This document shows positions 52,939 to 62,828 of a DNA stretch of 64,000 nucleotides, piece by piece (within the stretch, counting starts at the first letter, position 1; every line of letters starts with the position of its first letter). Source of the DNA: Peptococcaceae bacterium (lineage in GTDB: Bacteria > Bacillota > Desulfitobacteriia > Desulfitobacteriales > Syntrophobotulaceae); the NCBI GenBank assembly GCA_012839895.1, contig DUML01000082.1, positions 11,255 to 75,254 of the forward strand, read 5' to 3'. The notes below the pieces were generated by a model. That model saw only the letters and a program-made list of their open reading frames with translations. It did no database searches and had not been told where the DNA came from. The position numbers and the translations under genes were made by a program.

Positions 52939-54624
52939 TTAAGGGGGCGGACCAGGCCCACCGGACACAATAATTGTTACCTCCGAACCCTGTTTAACAG
53001 GTTTGCCTGCAGCCGGTAAAGTGGAAATTACGGCATCGGGAGGAAACAAGAAGGATTCTTCAGTTTCAGCCGTAACCACTAATTTATAATAATCTTGCAA
53101 AATCTCCTTGGCTTGAGCAGAAGACATCCCAGTCACATCGGGCATTACTTCCATAGTCAATTCTTGGCCACCGCTGATATAAAGCTTAATATTGCCATTT
53201 TTGGGCCACAAAGCTGAAGGCGCAGGTGATTGCCCAATTACCCTGCCTTCAGGGACAGTGGGCGAAAGCATAGTGCTGATTTCAATATTCTCTGATGCAA
53301 AACCCGCAGCCAGCAGGGCATTTATAGCATTTTCCTGCAAGGGGTTAGTGGAAGTGACGTCAGGTACCTTAAGGAACTGGACTCCTTGGCTTAAGACTAC
53401 ATCAATTGCCCGTCCAACTTTAACCATGGTCCCGGGCGTATAGCTTTGGCTGATAATTTTATCTGCTTCAACCTCGTCACTATAATCGAAAGTTTTCTCC
53501 CCCAAGCTAAGCCCTTCACTTTTTAGTATATGCTCAGCTTCCTCAATAGTTAGTCCCTTAACATCCGGAACCTTAACTTCAGGAACATACAAAAATTTAT
53601 AACCGGCAAAAACAATCCCGCTAAACAGGATAAGGGCCAGCATTGAGAGCAAAACAGGCCGGGGTATTTTCTTTTTGCTTTTATGAATTGTATCTTCGAT
53701 CTTGTCTTGGTCCTTTTCTTGGGCTACTTTATCCCTTAAACCTTTGTGAATCTGGGTCTGTAAAAGATCCGGACTATCATCAGTTAATTTTTTATCCCAA
53801 ATAATAGTCTGCCCGGTTAAAATCCTCTCCAAATCCCCTAAAAACTCGCCGGCACTCTTATAGCGATCCTTAACAGATTTAGCCAAAGCTTTCATTATAA
53901 TGGCATTGAGTTCTTCCGGGACTCCGTCCACAATCTTTCCCGGCAGGACCGGTTCCTCTTGGACATGTTTTAGAGCAATAGTAATAGGCGTATCTCCATC
54001 ATAGGGAACCTTTCCGGTAATAAGTTCATACAGAATTATTCCTAGGGAATAAAGATCGGATTGTTCCGTGATTTGAGCTCCTTTAGCCTGTTCCGGCGAC
54101 AAATAGTGAACAGAGCCGACAATATCCCCGGTATGGGTTAAAGTTGCCGCTGAGACAGCTCTGGCAATCCCGAAATCTGTTACCTTTACTCGACCGTCGT
54201 CAGTAACAATAATGTTTTGTGGTTTGATATCTCGATGGATAATATGGTTAGCATGGGCATGAGCAAGCGCTTCGCCTATTTGCCGAACCAGAAGGATAGC
54301 TTGCTCAGCTGGAAGAGGCGCCTGCTTACGGATTATATCTTTAAGTGTCCGACCTTTGACATATTCCATGACAATATAATCTTCTTGTCCGTCTTTGCCT
54401 ACATCATAAATTGAAACTATATTCGGATGCGAAAGGCTTGCCGCCGACTGGGCCTCCCGCCGGAAACGGCGGATAAAACCCTCGTCCGAAGCAAATTGTT
54501 CTCTTAAGACTTTAATAGCCACAGTCCGATTCAATAGAGTATCTTTAGCCTTATAGACAATGGCCATTCCACCTGTCCCAATTTTCTCTTCGATTTCATA
54601 TCTTCCGCCCAACATCCTGCCCAC
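52939..54624 (-). CDS. prkC: Ser/Thr protein kinase with transmembrane helix and extracellular PASTA repeats (PrkC/PknB type)
   Basis: Hanks kinase motifs (GTGGMAIVYKA, HRDIKPQN, DFGIAR), a single TM (LLSMLALILFSGIVFAGY), and three PASTA-like repeats. Confidence 0.93.
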   Translation of the reverse strand: MGRMLGGRYEIEEKIGTGGMAIVYKAKDTLLNRTVAIKVLREQFASDEGFIRRFRREAQSAASLSHPNIVSIYDVGKDGQEDYIVMEYVKGRTLKDIIRKQAPLPAEQAILLVRQIGEALAHAHANHIIHRDIKPQNIIVTDDGRVKVTDFGIARAVSAATLTHTGDIVGSVHYLSPEQAKGAQITEQSDLYSLGIILYELITGKVPYDGDTPITIALKHVQEEPVLPGKIVDGVPEELNAIIMKALAKSVKDRYKSAGEFLGDLERILTGQTIIWDKKLTDDSPDLLQTQIHKGLRDKVAQEKDQDKIEDTIHKSKKKIPRPVLLSMLALILFSGIVFAGYKFLYVPEVKVPDVKGLTIEEAEHILKSEGLSLGEKTFDYSDEVEADKIISQSYTPGTMVKVGRAIDVVLSQGVQFLKVPDVTSTNPLQENAINALLAAGFASENIEISTMLSPTVPEGRVIGQSPAPSALWPKNGNIKLYISGGQELTMEVMPDVTGMSSAQAKEILQDYYKLVVTAETEESFLFPPDAVISTLPAAGKPVKQGSEVTIIVSGGPGPPP

Positions 54625-56036
54625 TAGTCTCCACCCTCTTTCAGCTCTAAAGCTTTTTCAATTACGGCCTTGGCGATAGGAGCTGCCGCCCCTCCGCCGG
54701 TTCCACCATGCTCTACTAATACGGCCACTGCAATCACAGGCTCCTCCGCAGGAGCAAAAGCTATATACCAAGCATGAGTTGATCGATTGCCTCCCGGCTC
54801 AGCCGAACCGGTCTTAGCTGCAATTGAAACCCCCGGTATCGCTCCCGGGGAAGCAGTACCTTCGGTCACAGCCAAAATCATTCCGTTTTTGACTTTCTCA
54901 GCTTCTTCTTCACTTAAAGGAGTTAACCACACTTCCGGTTTACTTTCATATTTAATATTTTGATTGGAATCCAGCACTCTGTCAATGAGATGAGGAGTCA
55001 TAATTCTCCCTTTATTTGCCACACCTGCCGTTATCAAGGCCATATGGAAAGGACTGACCATTACCTGGCCCTGGCCAAAAGTGCTGGCCGCAAATAAATT
55101 TAAGTTTAAATTCTCCGGTACCGGCACATCCGGTGTTATAGAACTAACGGGCACATACAATTCAAAAGGAATCTTTTTCCCAAAACCAAAAGCCTCAACA
55201 GCCTGTAAGAAGCTTTCCACGCCGGCCTTAATACCATGCTCGGCAAAATAGGTATTACAAGAATAAGCTAAAGCAAGATCATAATTTACCCAGCCGTGGG
55301 CTTTATCGTTTTGTTCCAAAATAGTCTGCCCGTTTACTATCGTAGAGCCCTCACAATTATAAAGGTCAGTTATATCTAAGCCGGCCTGAAAGAGAGCGGC
55401 CGAAGTAACTACTTTCATTATTGAGCCGGGTGGATATTGACAAAAAGCATGGTTTAAAAAAGGGCTTCCTTCTTGTTTTGTGATTTTTTCCCAGTCTTCC
55501 TCGAGGCGATTGGCATCAAAGCTAGGTTGGCTGACGAGTACCAAAACATCGCCATTTTGGGGATTAAGGGCTACCACCGCTCCCGCCTTGCCCCGAAGCT
55601 TTTGGTAAGCAACCTCTTGTAAACGGGAATCCAAAGTAAGTATTAAATCATGCCCGTTTCTTTCCAACTCAAAGGCGTCCTGAATTTTTCTGAGGATCGA
55701 GCTGTCATTTAATCCCAATAAAGTTTCAGCTTGGGCCGCTTCCAAGCCTGCCGAGCCATATTGAACGCTGGTGTAACCCAAAAGGGGCTGAAACATTTCT
55801 CCCTGGGGATAGAAACGTACCTTCTTTCCGTCTATTTCTTTAGTCTCAGCCAGAACTACCCCGTTACGATCATAAATTCCTCCCCTGGTAATTCTCTTTT
55901 CCAAAAATATTGCCCGGCGGTTGGCAGGATTCTCCAACATGGCATCCGCCTGGACAACCTGCCAATACACCAAACCAAAACTCAAAAAAACGAAACTAAA
56001 CACTAACACTAAAGCGATTTTTCTTATTCCGGTCAT
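54624..56036 (-). CDS. Class B penicillin-binding protein / peptidoglycan D,D-transpeptidase (PbpA/FtsI-like)
   Basis: N-terminal TM anchor and transpeptidase motifs S-I-M-K (GSIMKV), S-C-N (YSCN) and K-T-G (AAKTGSAE). 1-nt overlap with the prkC start and 4-nt overlap with the SEDS gene. Confidence 0.9.
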   Translation of the reverse strand: MTGIRKIALVLVFSFVFLSFGLVYWQVVQADAMLENPANRRAIFLEKRITRGGIYDRNGVVLAETKEIDGKKVRFYPQGEMFQPLLGYTSVQYGSAGLEAAQAETLLGLNDSSILRKIQDAFELERNGHDLILTLDSRLQEVAYQKLRGKAGAVVALNPQNGDVLVLVSQPSFDANRLEEDWEKITKQEGSPFLNHAFCQYPPGSIMKVVTSAALFQAGLDITDLYNCEGSTIVNGQTILEQNDKAHGWVNYDLALAYSCNTYFAEHGIKAGVESFLQAVEAFGFGKKIPFELYVPVSSITPDVPVPENLNLNLFAASTFGQGQVMVSPFHMALITAGVANKGRIMTPHLIDRVLDSNQNIKYESKPEVWLTPLSEEEAEKVKNGMILAVTEGTASPGAIPGVSIAAKTGSAEPGGNRSTHAWYIAFAPAEEPVIAVAVLVEHGGTGGGAAAPIAKAVIEKALELKEGGD

Positions 56037-57349
56037 GATAAAACACCAGCCCGTTTGCTTAAAGCAGACTCGCTAAGACTGAAAGAAGAGCTATGAGATA
56101 TATTGGCCAAAAGGCCTAACAGAAGGAAATGACTAAGCATTGAACTCCCACCGTAACTTACCCAGGGAAGCGGTAGGCCTGTTAAAGGAAGCAGTTTGGT
56201 AACTCCGGCTAAAATAATCAGTACTTCCACTCCGATCAAAATCCCAATACCGGCAGCTAAGATCTGGCCAAATCTGTCGACTGCTTTAACTCCAATGGCC
56301 AAAGCTCGAAGAACAATGATAATAAAGAGGCAAATAACCGCCATAGCCCCCACAAAACCAAGCTCTTCCGCTATCACCGCAAAAATAAAGTCACTGGCGG
56401 CCAAAGGTATCTGGTAAGCGCCTATTCCGTTACCTAAGCCGGTCCCTAAGAGCCTTCCCCCGCTGATTGCAAAAAGGGCTTGGGCAATCTGGAATCCTCC
56501 ACCGCTGGAATCTACCCAAGGATTAAGCCAGGTGGCTACCCTGACGCGGACGTGGCCAAAGAGAAAATACCCGGCAGTTCCAGTTATAATAATAACAGGA
56601 AGGGCTAAAATCAGATAAAGCAGCCTCTCTGTAACCATATAAATGATAAAGACCATTAATAGAAAAAAAACCAAGGCTGTCCCCAAGCTCTTTTGGGCAG
56701 CTAATAACCCTAAGACAAAAATACCGATCAAGGCAAAAGGGCCCAGTGTTTTTCTATCGGGTAAAGAAAAGCGTCCGATTTGAAAAGTTCCAACACTTAA
56801 AAGTTCCCGGTTTTCGGCTAAGTAAGAAGCCATAAACAGGAGTAAAGCGACCTTGACCAGTTCTTCCGGCTGAAACCCAATCTGACCGAAACGAATCCAA
56901 CTGGTTGCTCCCTGAATTGTAACCCCAAAAACCAAGGTTACCAACAAAAGAACCAAAGCCAGAAGCCCCCAGAGATACTGATACTCCCCCAATTTACGAT
57001 AATCTTTTAACCAAAAGAGAATCCCATAATAAACCAGCAAACCAAGATTGGCCCAGACAAATTGGTCTTCAGCTAAAGAAGGATTAATTCTGACCAAAAA
57101 CACCAACCCAATTGCCAAAAGAGTTTGGACAACAGGCAAGAGATTATTGTCACCGTTGTAACCCAAAAATAATTCAACGGCACTGCCAACTATAATAAGC
57201 AGAGAGAAAACAGCAGCATGGAAAAAAAACTGGCTGTCCAGCATATCAACGCTTCTTAAGACCCCCAGGCCCGTCCACATAATGCTCAAAGTCAAGACCC
57301 GCAAGGAGAAACTATAAAGCATTCTTCTCACCGCTCCAAAATACAGCAA
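56033..57349 (-). CDS. SEDS-family peptidoglycan glycosyltransferase (FtsW/RodA/SpoVE)
   Basis: About 10 TM helices and conserved SEDS stretches (IGFQPEELVKVALLLFMASYL, PLTGLPLPWVSYGGSS). The exact start is uncertain. Confidence 0.9.
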   Translation of the reverse strand: MLYFGAVRRMLYSFSLRVLTLSIMWTGLGVLRSVDMLDSQFFFHAAVFSLLIIVGSAVELFLGYNGDNNLLPVVQTLLAIGLVFLVRINPSLAEDQFVWANLGLLVYYGILFWLKDYRKLGEYQYLWGLLALVLLLVTLVFGVTIQGATSWIRFGQIGFQPEELVKVALLLFMASYLAENRELLSVGTFQIGRFSLPDRKTLGPFALIGIFVLGLLAAQKSLGTALVFFLLMVFIIYMVTERLLYLILALPVIIITGTAGYFLFGHVRVRVATWLNPWVDSSGGGFQIAQALFAISGGRLLGTGLGNGIGAYQIPLAASDFIFAVIAEELGFVGAMAVICLFIIIVLRALAIGVKAVDRFGQILAAGIGILIGVEVLIILAGVTKLLPLTGLPLPWVSYGGSSMLSHFLLLGLLANISHSSSFSLSESALSKRAGVLS

Positions 57350-58050
57350 ATAACTGTAAAGTTGTCCGGAGCTCCCCGCTTCAGGACAATGTTTTTCAAC
57401 CTTTCCAAATGTTCATCCCAAGTCCCGGAAGCGGAAAACTCCCTAACCATCTCTTCCTCGTCAATAACATTGGAAAAACCGTCTGTACAAAGAAGAAAAA
57501 TATCCCCAGGCTGAGTTTCCAATTGAAAACAATCAACTTTTATGGTTTTCTCTATCCCTAAGGCTCTAGATAAAATATTTTTATGGGGATGATGTTTAGC
57601 CTTTTCTTCACTTAGTTGACCCAAACGTACCAGTTCGTTGACCATGGAATGATCTTCTGAAAGCAAAGAAAGTGTATAATCCCGCCAAAGGTAAATTCGG
57701 CTGTCCCCAACATGGCCAATAACCGCTTTATTCTCTTTCAAGACTAAAGCCGTGATAGTCGTTCCCATTCCTTCGGTTCCCGCTTCTTGTAAAGATACTT
57801 CATAAATTTCTTTGTTAGCCAAGGCAATAGCTTTTTCCATCCAATCTTGGAGAGAATCGACGGGTAGTGTTTTAAGCTCGGCGGCTTTTAACCTTAAATA
57901 CTCAATTGCCAACCTGGAAGCAACTTCACCGGCATTATGGCCTCCCATACCATCCGCTACCGCAAACAAATTGTCTTCCGGTAAAATTAAGAAATTGTCC
58001 TCATTGTTTTTCCGCACACACCCAGTTTCGTAAATACTAACTGTTTTCAT
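57328..58050 (-). CDS. prpC: PP2C-family Ser/Thr phosphatase (PrpC/Stp type, cytoplasmic)
   Basis: RKNNEDNF, VADGMGGHNAGEVAS and LLCTDG motifs. 240 aa with no TM segment. Confidence 0.92.
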   Translation of the reverse strand: MKTVSIYETGCVRKNNEDNFLILPEDNLFAVADGMGGHNAGEVASRLAIEYLRLKAAELKTLPVDSLQDWMEKAIALANKEIYEVSLQEAGTEGMGTTITALVLKENKAVIGHVGDSRIYLWRDYTLSLLSEDHSMVNELVRLGQLSEEKAKHHPHKNILSRALGIEKTIKVDCFQLETQPGDIFLLCTDGFSNVIDEEEMVREFSASGTWDEHLERLKNIVLKRGAPDNFTVICCILER

Positions 58051-58480
58051 TTCTCCACCTCGAATAAAGGAAAGTAATACTACCTATCTTTATAAAATCG
58101 CCTGCAACTAATTGCACCGGAGTATTAATTCTCTCGCCATTGACCCAAGTCCCATTAGTGCTGCCGACATCTTCGACAGTGGTTATCCCTCTACTATGCT
58201 TGAACAGAGCATGGTCTAAGGAACAATAATGGTCGGGAACCACAATATCATTGTGTTTGCCTCTGCCAATGGTTAAACCGCGAGAATCAATCTTAATTTT
58301 TCTCCCTTTAGGCAGCATTTCCGAACCGTTTAAGACCTCCAAGCAACCCAAATCGGATTCAATTTTGGCAAGTACCCCTTTGGCTCTTAAGTCGGCCAAC
58401 ATAACAGTAAGTATACGTAACAAAAACAAATAAATTAAAACAACAAAGATAATCCTTCCAAAAACAGACAGGAATTGCAT
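58037..58480 (-). CDS. Membrane-anchored FHA-domain protein (FhaB/FipA-like)
   Basis: N-terminal TM helix (IIFVVLIYLFLLRILTVML) plus a C-terminal FHA domain (TIGRGKHNDIVV...SLDHALF...DVGSTNGTWVNG). Confidence 0.8.
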   Translation of the reverse strand: MQFLSVFGRIIFVVLIYLFLLRILTVMLADLRAKGVLAKIESDLGCLEVLNGSEMLPKGRKIKIDSRGLTIGRGKHNDIVVPDHYCSLDHALFKHSRGITTVEDVGSTNGTWVNGERINTPVQLVAGDFIKIGSITFLYSRWRNENS

Positions 58481-58496
58481 AGACTAACCACCGCTT

Positions 58497-59282
58497 TTAT
58501 TTTTCCACATTAAAGCAGAACAAAGTTTGTCCGGCTTTAATTTTATCTCCGGGATTAATCATATATCTGTCAACCCTGAGCTTATTAACATAGGTCCCAT
58601 TCGTACTGCCCAGGTCCTGGACAAACCACCTGTGGTTTTCAGTAAACAGCCGCAAATGATGCCGGGAAATTTCCAAGTCCTGAACCCTCAAATCACAATC
58701 TGCATTGCGGCCGATAATGAACTCATCTTGGTCCAAATAGAAAATTTTTCCTTGGTCCGGACCTTTAATAATTTCGAGATAAGGGCAAATTTTCCTGCTA
58801 TCTTCTTTGGCTAATGAACTCGCAAATCTAACACTATCCACCAGGACAGTAGTTTTTTCCAGTTCTTCGGCATCTCTGGGAACTTTTTCCTCTTCAATTT
58901 GCCAATTGGCGACAATAGAATGATTAAATTCAATTTTAATATTAACGCTACCTTGCTCCATATCTTCGCCCTTTTTAATCTCTACTACCGGCAAGGTGAG
59001 GAAGGTATAACCTTGTTTAGAACCTTCGTCATAAATATGCTTGGCCAGCTCAATTAAAAAGGTTTCACCAAAACTTTCAAAGACAGCCAAATCTGTAGGG
59101 TGAAGATAGACTCGGTAAACATTTGGGACATAAACATTGGAAATACTGACTTGTTTATTTTTTAACATTGCTCGGATGAGCTCCCTAGCAACTTCAACAG
59201 GCTGAATGGTGCCTGCTCGCTTGCGAAAGAGAAAAGTTACAATAAATTCTGCCACCAATTCAACCTTGGTCAACAGATTCAT
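58497..59282 (-). CDS. FhaA-like protein: DUF3662-type N-domain plus C-terminal FHA domain
   Basis: The N-terminus MNLLTKVELVAEFIVTFLF...IQPVEVARELIRAM...VPNVYRVYLHPTD has the FhaA N-domain pattern. The C-terminal FHA is IIGRNADCDLRV...SRHHLRL...DLGSTNGTYVN. The start is set at ATG 59282, overlapping the rlmN end by 23 nt. Confidence 0.78.
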   Translation of the reverse strand: MNLLTKVELVAEFIVTFLFRKRAGTIQPVEVARELIRAMLKNKQVSISNVYVPNVYRVYLHPTDLAVFESFGETFLIELAKHIYDEGSKQGYTFLTLPVVEIKKGEDMEQGSVNIKIEFNHSIVANWQIEEEKVPRDAEELEKTTVLVDSVRFASSLAKEDSRKICPYLEIIKGPDQGKIFYLDQDEFIIGRNADCDLRVQDLEISRHHLRLFTENHRWFVQDLGSTNGTYVNKLRVDRYMINPGDKIKAGQTLFCFNVEK

Positions 59283-60342
59283 ACATTTCACACTCCACGC
59301 GCTGTCGTAATTGGCCACAGGCGGCATCAATATCGACACCCTTTTCTTCTCTTAAGGAGACAGGTATCCCGCCAGCTTCTAAAATCCTCTTAAACTTTGC
59401 CACTTCTTCCCGGGACGGCCTTTTTACTTTACTTCCCTGCACGGGATTGACCGGAATAAGATTAACATGAGCCAGCATCCCCTGTAATAATTTCACTAAT
59501 CCTTCTGCTTCGGCTCGAATGGTGTTTTGGTTATTTAAAGCTACTTCAAAAGTAATCCTCCTGTTGGTAAGAGCCGAATACTCACGACAAGCATCCATAA
59601 GTCGTGCTATCGGATACTTTTTATTCATGGGAACCAGCTTATCGCGGACTTCATCCCGGACAGAATGGAGAGATATGGCCAAGCCTACTTGAGGATTATC
59701 TTTCCCCAGCTGAATTATTTTGGGTACAACTCCACTGGTAGAAATAGTCATCCGCCGTATGCCGATATTCTGGCCGTTATGGCTGTTCAAAACTTGAATG
59801 GCTTTCATTACTGCCTCATAATTCAGCAAAGGTTCCCCCATACCCATAAAGACAATATTTGTAACTTTAAATTCAGGATCTTCCTGCTGCATTTCCCTCC
59901 AAACTTCCAAAACTTGCCCCACAATTTCCCCCACTTGAAGGTTACGACGAAAACCGGCCATACCGGTGGCGCAAAAAGCACAGCCTACAGGACAGCCTAC
60001 CTGGGTTGAAAGACAAATAGTATGCCTGGAACGAGACTCAGTTTTTTCATAGTCCATAAGTACAGTTTCAATGTTCTCCCCGTCAGCCAATCCAAACAAA
60101 AATTTCCGAGTCCCGTCTTGAGAACATTGCTTTCTGAGTATTGCCAAAGGCTGAAGTGAAAGTATTTGGCTTAGCTTTCTCTGGTCTTCTCTGCTAATAT
60201 TTTTCATTTCCTGCCAATTATGGGCTCCTTTGCCTTGGACCCAATTAAAAACTTGACTTGCCCGGAATTTCTTAAGACCGTTCTCCAGGCATATTTGGGT
60301 AAGCTCTACTTCCAACAAAGAACGGCAATCCAACTTTTCCAT
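59260..60342 (-). CDS. rlmN: 23S rRNA/tRNA (adenine-C2)-methyltransferase RlmN (radical SAM)
   Basis: CPVGCAFC radical-SAM Cx3Cx2C motif and the GMGEPLLN motif. Confidence 0.95.
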   Translation of the reverse strand: MEKLDCRSLLEVELTQICLENGLKKFRASQVFNWVQGKGAHNWQEMKNISREDQRKLSQILSLQPLAILRKQCSQDGTRKFLFGLADGENIETVLMDYEKTESRSRHTICLSTQVGCPVGCAFCATGMAGFRRNLQVGEIVGQVLEVWREMQQEDPEFKVTNIVFMGMGEPLLNYEAVMKAIQVLNSHNGQNIGIRRMTISTSGVVPKIIQLGKDNPQVGLAISLHSVRDEVRDKLVPMNKKYPIARLMDACREYSALTNRRITFEVALNNQNTIRAEAEGLVKLLQGMLAHVNLIPVNPVQGSKVKRPSREEVAKFKRILEAGGIPVSLREEKGVDIDAACGQLRQRVECEMYESVDQG

Positions 60343-60419
60343 ATTTAGTATTATTCTCCCAATAATAATATTATAAACCTGTCCGGTAAAAAAAGTAATT
60401 AATGCTAAATATTATCAAT

Positions 60420-60442
60420 AAAAAACGGCTCAATTCAGCCGT
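60420..60442 (-). terminator. Rho-independent terminator after rsmB
   Basis: Minus strand acggct-gaattg-agccgt followed by U6 (A6 at 60420-60425 on plus). Confidence 0.8.
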
Positions 60443-60465
60443 CTTTAAAATGTAAAATATTAGAA

Positions 60466-61878
60466 TCAAGATTCCTTTCTAAACTTAGCTATAAAGAAAC
60501 CATCCATCTTATGTATATGGGGCAAAATTTGCCAAACTCCTTTTCGCAATTGTTTTAAATCCCTTTCTTCCGTTACGGCAAAAGGCAGTTCCTGCGCAAG
60601 ATCAACCGGGCTAAATTCGGGTTTAAGTTTTCGAAAGGCTTTAACAACATCAAAGTTTTCTTCCGGTTCTGTAGTACAAGTAGAATAAACAAGTTCTCCG
60701 CCTGTTGCAACCCTTTCCGCAGCTTTCGATAAAATGGCAAGCTGCAAATCCGGCAATTTCTTAATTTCATCTTCTCTCTTTTGCCAACGGAGATCTGCTC
60801 TTCGCCGGAGAACACCTAAACCGGAACACGGTGCATCCACTAGAACACGCTGAAACTCACCCTCAACTCCTTCCAAAACTCTTCCGTCACCTTCTAAGGT
60901 TTTAATAATGGTAATACCCAGACGCTGAGCTAGTTCATCCACTAACCGAAGTTTTTGGGGATAAATATCTAGAGCTACAATCTCGCCCTTGTTATTCATG
61001 AGCTGAGCGCAATGGGTGGTTTTACCTCCGGGAGAACTGCAGACATCCAAGACCCTGTCACCGGGCTGTACTCCCAAAACATGAGCAACAAGCTGTGAGC
61101 TTTCGTCCTGAACAGTAAAATGACCGGCCTTAAATTCTTCGATTTTTTCCACGGATTCAAAGTCATCCAAATATAAAGCTTCTGGAACTCGCTGACTGGG
61201 TTGAGTTTTAATACCTTTTTCCTCCAGCTTTTGGCTTAGTTCTTCCCTGCTGGTCTTCAAGGTATTAACCCGGATACAAGTAGGAGCAGGTTCATTATTG
61301 GCTTTAAGCAGTTGTTCGGTTTCCTCCAAGCCCCAAGACTTAAGCCACCTTTTGACCAGCCATTCTGGGTGGGAATATCTAATGGAAAGATATCGTATTG
61401 TTTCTTTTTTCCTGTCCGGCCAAGGCAAATCCCAGCCGGTTGCCGCAGTTTTCCGCAAAACACTATTCACAAGAGGAGCAAAATTTTTCTGAAATATTTT
61501 AACGGTATTAACACTCTCATTAATGGCAACCGGTACCGGAATTTTTTCCATATTTAGAACCTGAAAGGCTCCCAGTCGTAAAACCGCTCGCACTTCGTGG
61601 GGCAGAGCAGACATAGGTTTTGTTAAATGCTGACGCAAAGCATAATCAAGAGTCAGCTTCTGTTTCAAAACCCCATTGACCAAAGCTGTAGCCAGATGAC
61701 GTTCGCGAATATCTACGAGTGCGGCAAGCTCCGTCCGTAGAAGAAGATTGGCATAAGCTCCTTCTTTTTCCACCCTCGTAAGAATACGCACGGCAATTTG
61801 CCGTGCGTTCTCATTTTGTTGCATATTAGGAAGAACCCTATTTTTAATTAAGCCAGGCTCATTTTCAGTACTTCTCAT
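60466..61878 (-). CDS. rsmB: 16S rRNA (cytosine967-C5)-methyltransferase
   Basis: NusB-like N-domain, SAM site DVCSSPGGKT, and catalytic DAPCSG / TCT motifs. Confidence 0.93.
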   Translation of the reverse strand: MRSTENEPGLIKNRVLPNMQQNENARQIAVRILTRVEKEGAYANLLLRTELAALVDIRERHLATALVNGVLKQKLTLDYALRQHLTKPMSALPHEVRAVLRLGAFQVLNMEKIPVPVAINESVNTVKIFQKNFAPLVNSVLRKTAATGWDLPWPDRKKETIRYLSIRYSHPEWLVKRWLKSWGLEETEQLLKANNEPAPTCIRVNTLKTSREELSQKLEEKGIKTQPSQRVPEALYLDDFESVEKIEEFKAGHFTVQDESSQLVAHVLGVQPGDRVLDVCSSPGGKTTHCAQLMNNKGEIVALDIYPQKLRLVDELAQRLGITIIKTLEGDGRVLEGVEGEFQRVLVDAPCSGLGVLRRRADLRWQKREDEIKKLPDLQLAILSKAAERVATGGELVYSTCTTEPEENFDVVKAFRKLKPEFSPVDLAQELPFAVTEERDLKQLRKGVWQILPHIHKMDGFFIAKFRKES

Positions 61879-61887
61879 AACTTTTTC

Positions 61888-62589
61888 CTATTCATCCCGT
61901 CCCTGGGCAATCCAGACAAATCTTAATAAAGTTAAAATAGCAGTCAAAGCAGCCGCTACATAAGTCAAAGCTGCGGCATCAAGCATATTTTTAGCTCCAT
62001 CCATTTCATCCCTGCTATAAAGCAGCCCATTGCTCTGCAGGAAAGCAAGAGCCTTACTGCTGGCATTATACTCTACCGGCAAAGTGACAATTTGGAAAAG
62101 AACAGCAAAAGCAAAAGCATAAATCCCTAGAGTGAGCAAATACGGCATCGAAGGCATGAATAATCCCAATAGAATAAGGAAAGGACCAACTTGGCTGCCA
62201 AAAGAAGCAACCGGTACAAAGGCGGAGCGGATTTTTAACGGAACATAACCATCAGCATGTTGAACTGCATGCCCTGTTTCGTGGGCTGCGACAGCAATAG
62301 CAGCCAGAGAAGTGCTGTTATAGACCCCACTGCTAAGTCTTACGGCTTGAGCCCGCGGATCATAATGGTCGGTCAAATCTCCAGCAACCTGCTCCACTTT
62401 CACTCCATAAAGACCATTGTCATCAAGAATCATCCGGGCAATTTCAGCGCCTGTTTTCCCCGAAAAGCTGCGCACCCGGGAATACCTCCGGTAAGCGCCG
62501 CTTACTTTGGATTGGGCATAAATAGTTAAGATTATTGCCGGTATCAGTAAAATAGTTGAGGGATGGAACAAAAAGGGATCAAAAAACAT
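61888..62589 (-). CDS. Membrane zinc metallopeptidase, YugP-like (Zn_peptidase_2 family)
   Basis: HETGHAVQH zinc motif flanked by TM segments. Confidence 0.82.
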   Translation of the reverse strand: MFFDPFLFHPSTILLIPAIILTIYAQSKVSGAYRRYSRVRSFSGKTGAEIARMILDDNGLYGVKVEQVAGDLTDHYDPRAQAVRLSSGVYNSTSLAAIAVAAHETGHAVQHADGYVPLKIRSAFVPVASFGSQVGPFLILLGLFMPSMPYLLTLGIYAFAFAVLFQIVTLPVEYNASSKALAFLQSNGLLYSRDEMDGAKNMLDAAALTYVAAALTAILTLLRFVWIAQGRDE

Positions 62590-62828
62590 TTTCTTCCTCC
62601 TTCTGCAAAATACTCTTTAGTAGTATGAAAGAACAATAGAAGGAACAATAAAAGTAGTATGAAGAGTATGAAGGAACAATAAAGGAATTTTACAATAAAG
62701 GAATTCTACTATCTAGTGTATTAATCCTACCTTAGATTTTGCTTAAAATATCTTCTGTAGCTCTTTTTTCCTCTACCTTTAGTATAACCTTTTTCTGAAA
62801 AATAACAATCTCGTTTTTAACACTCCGC

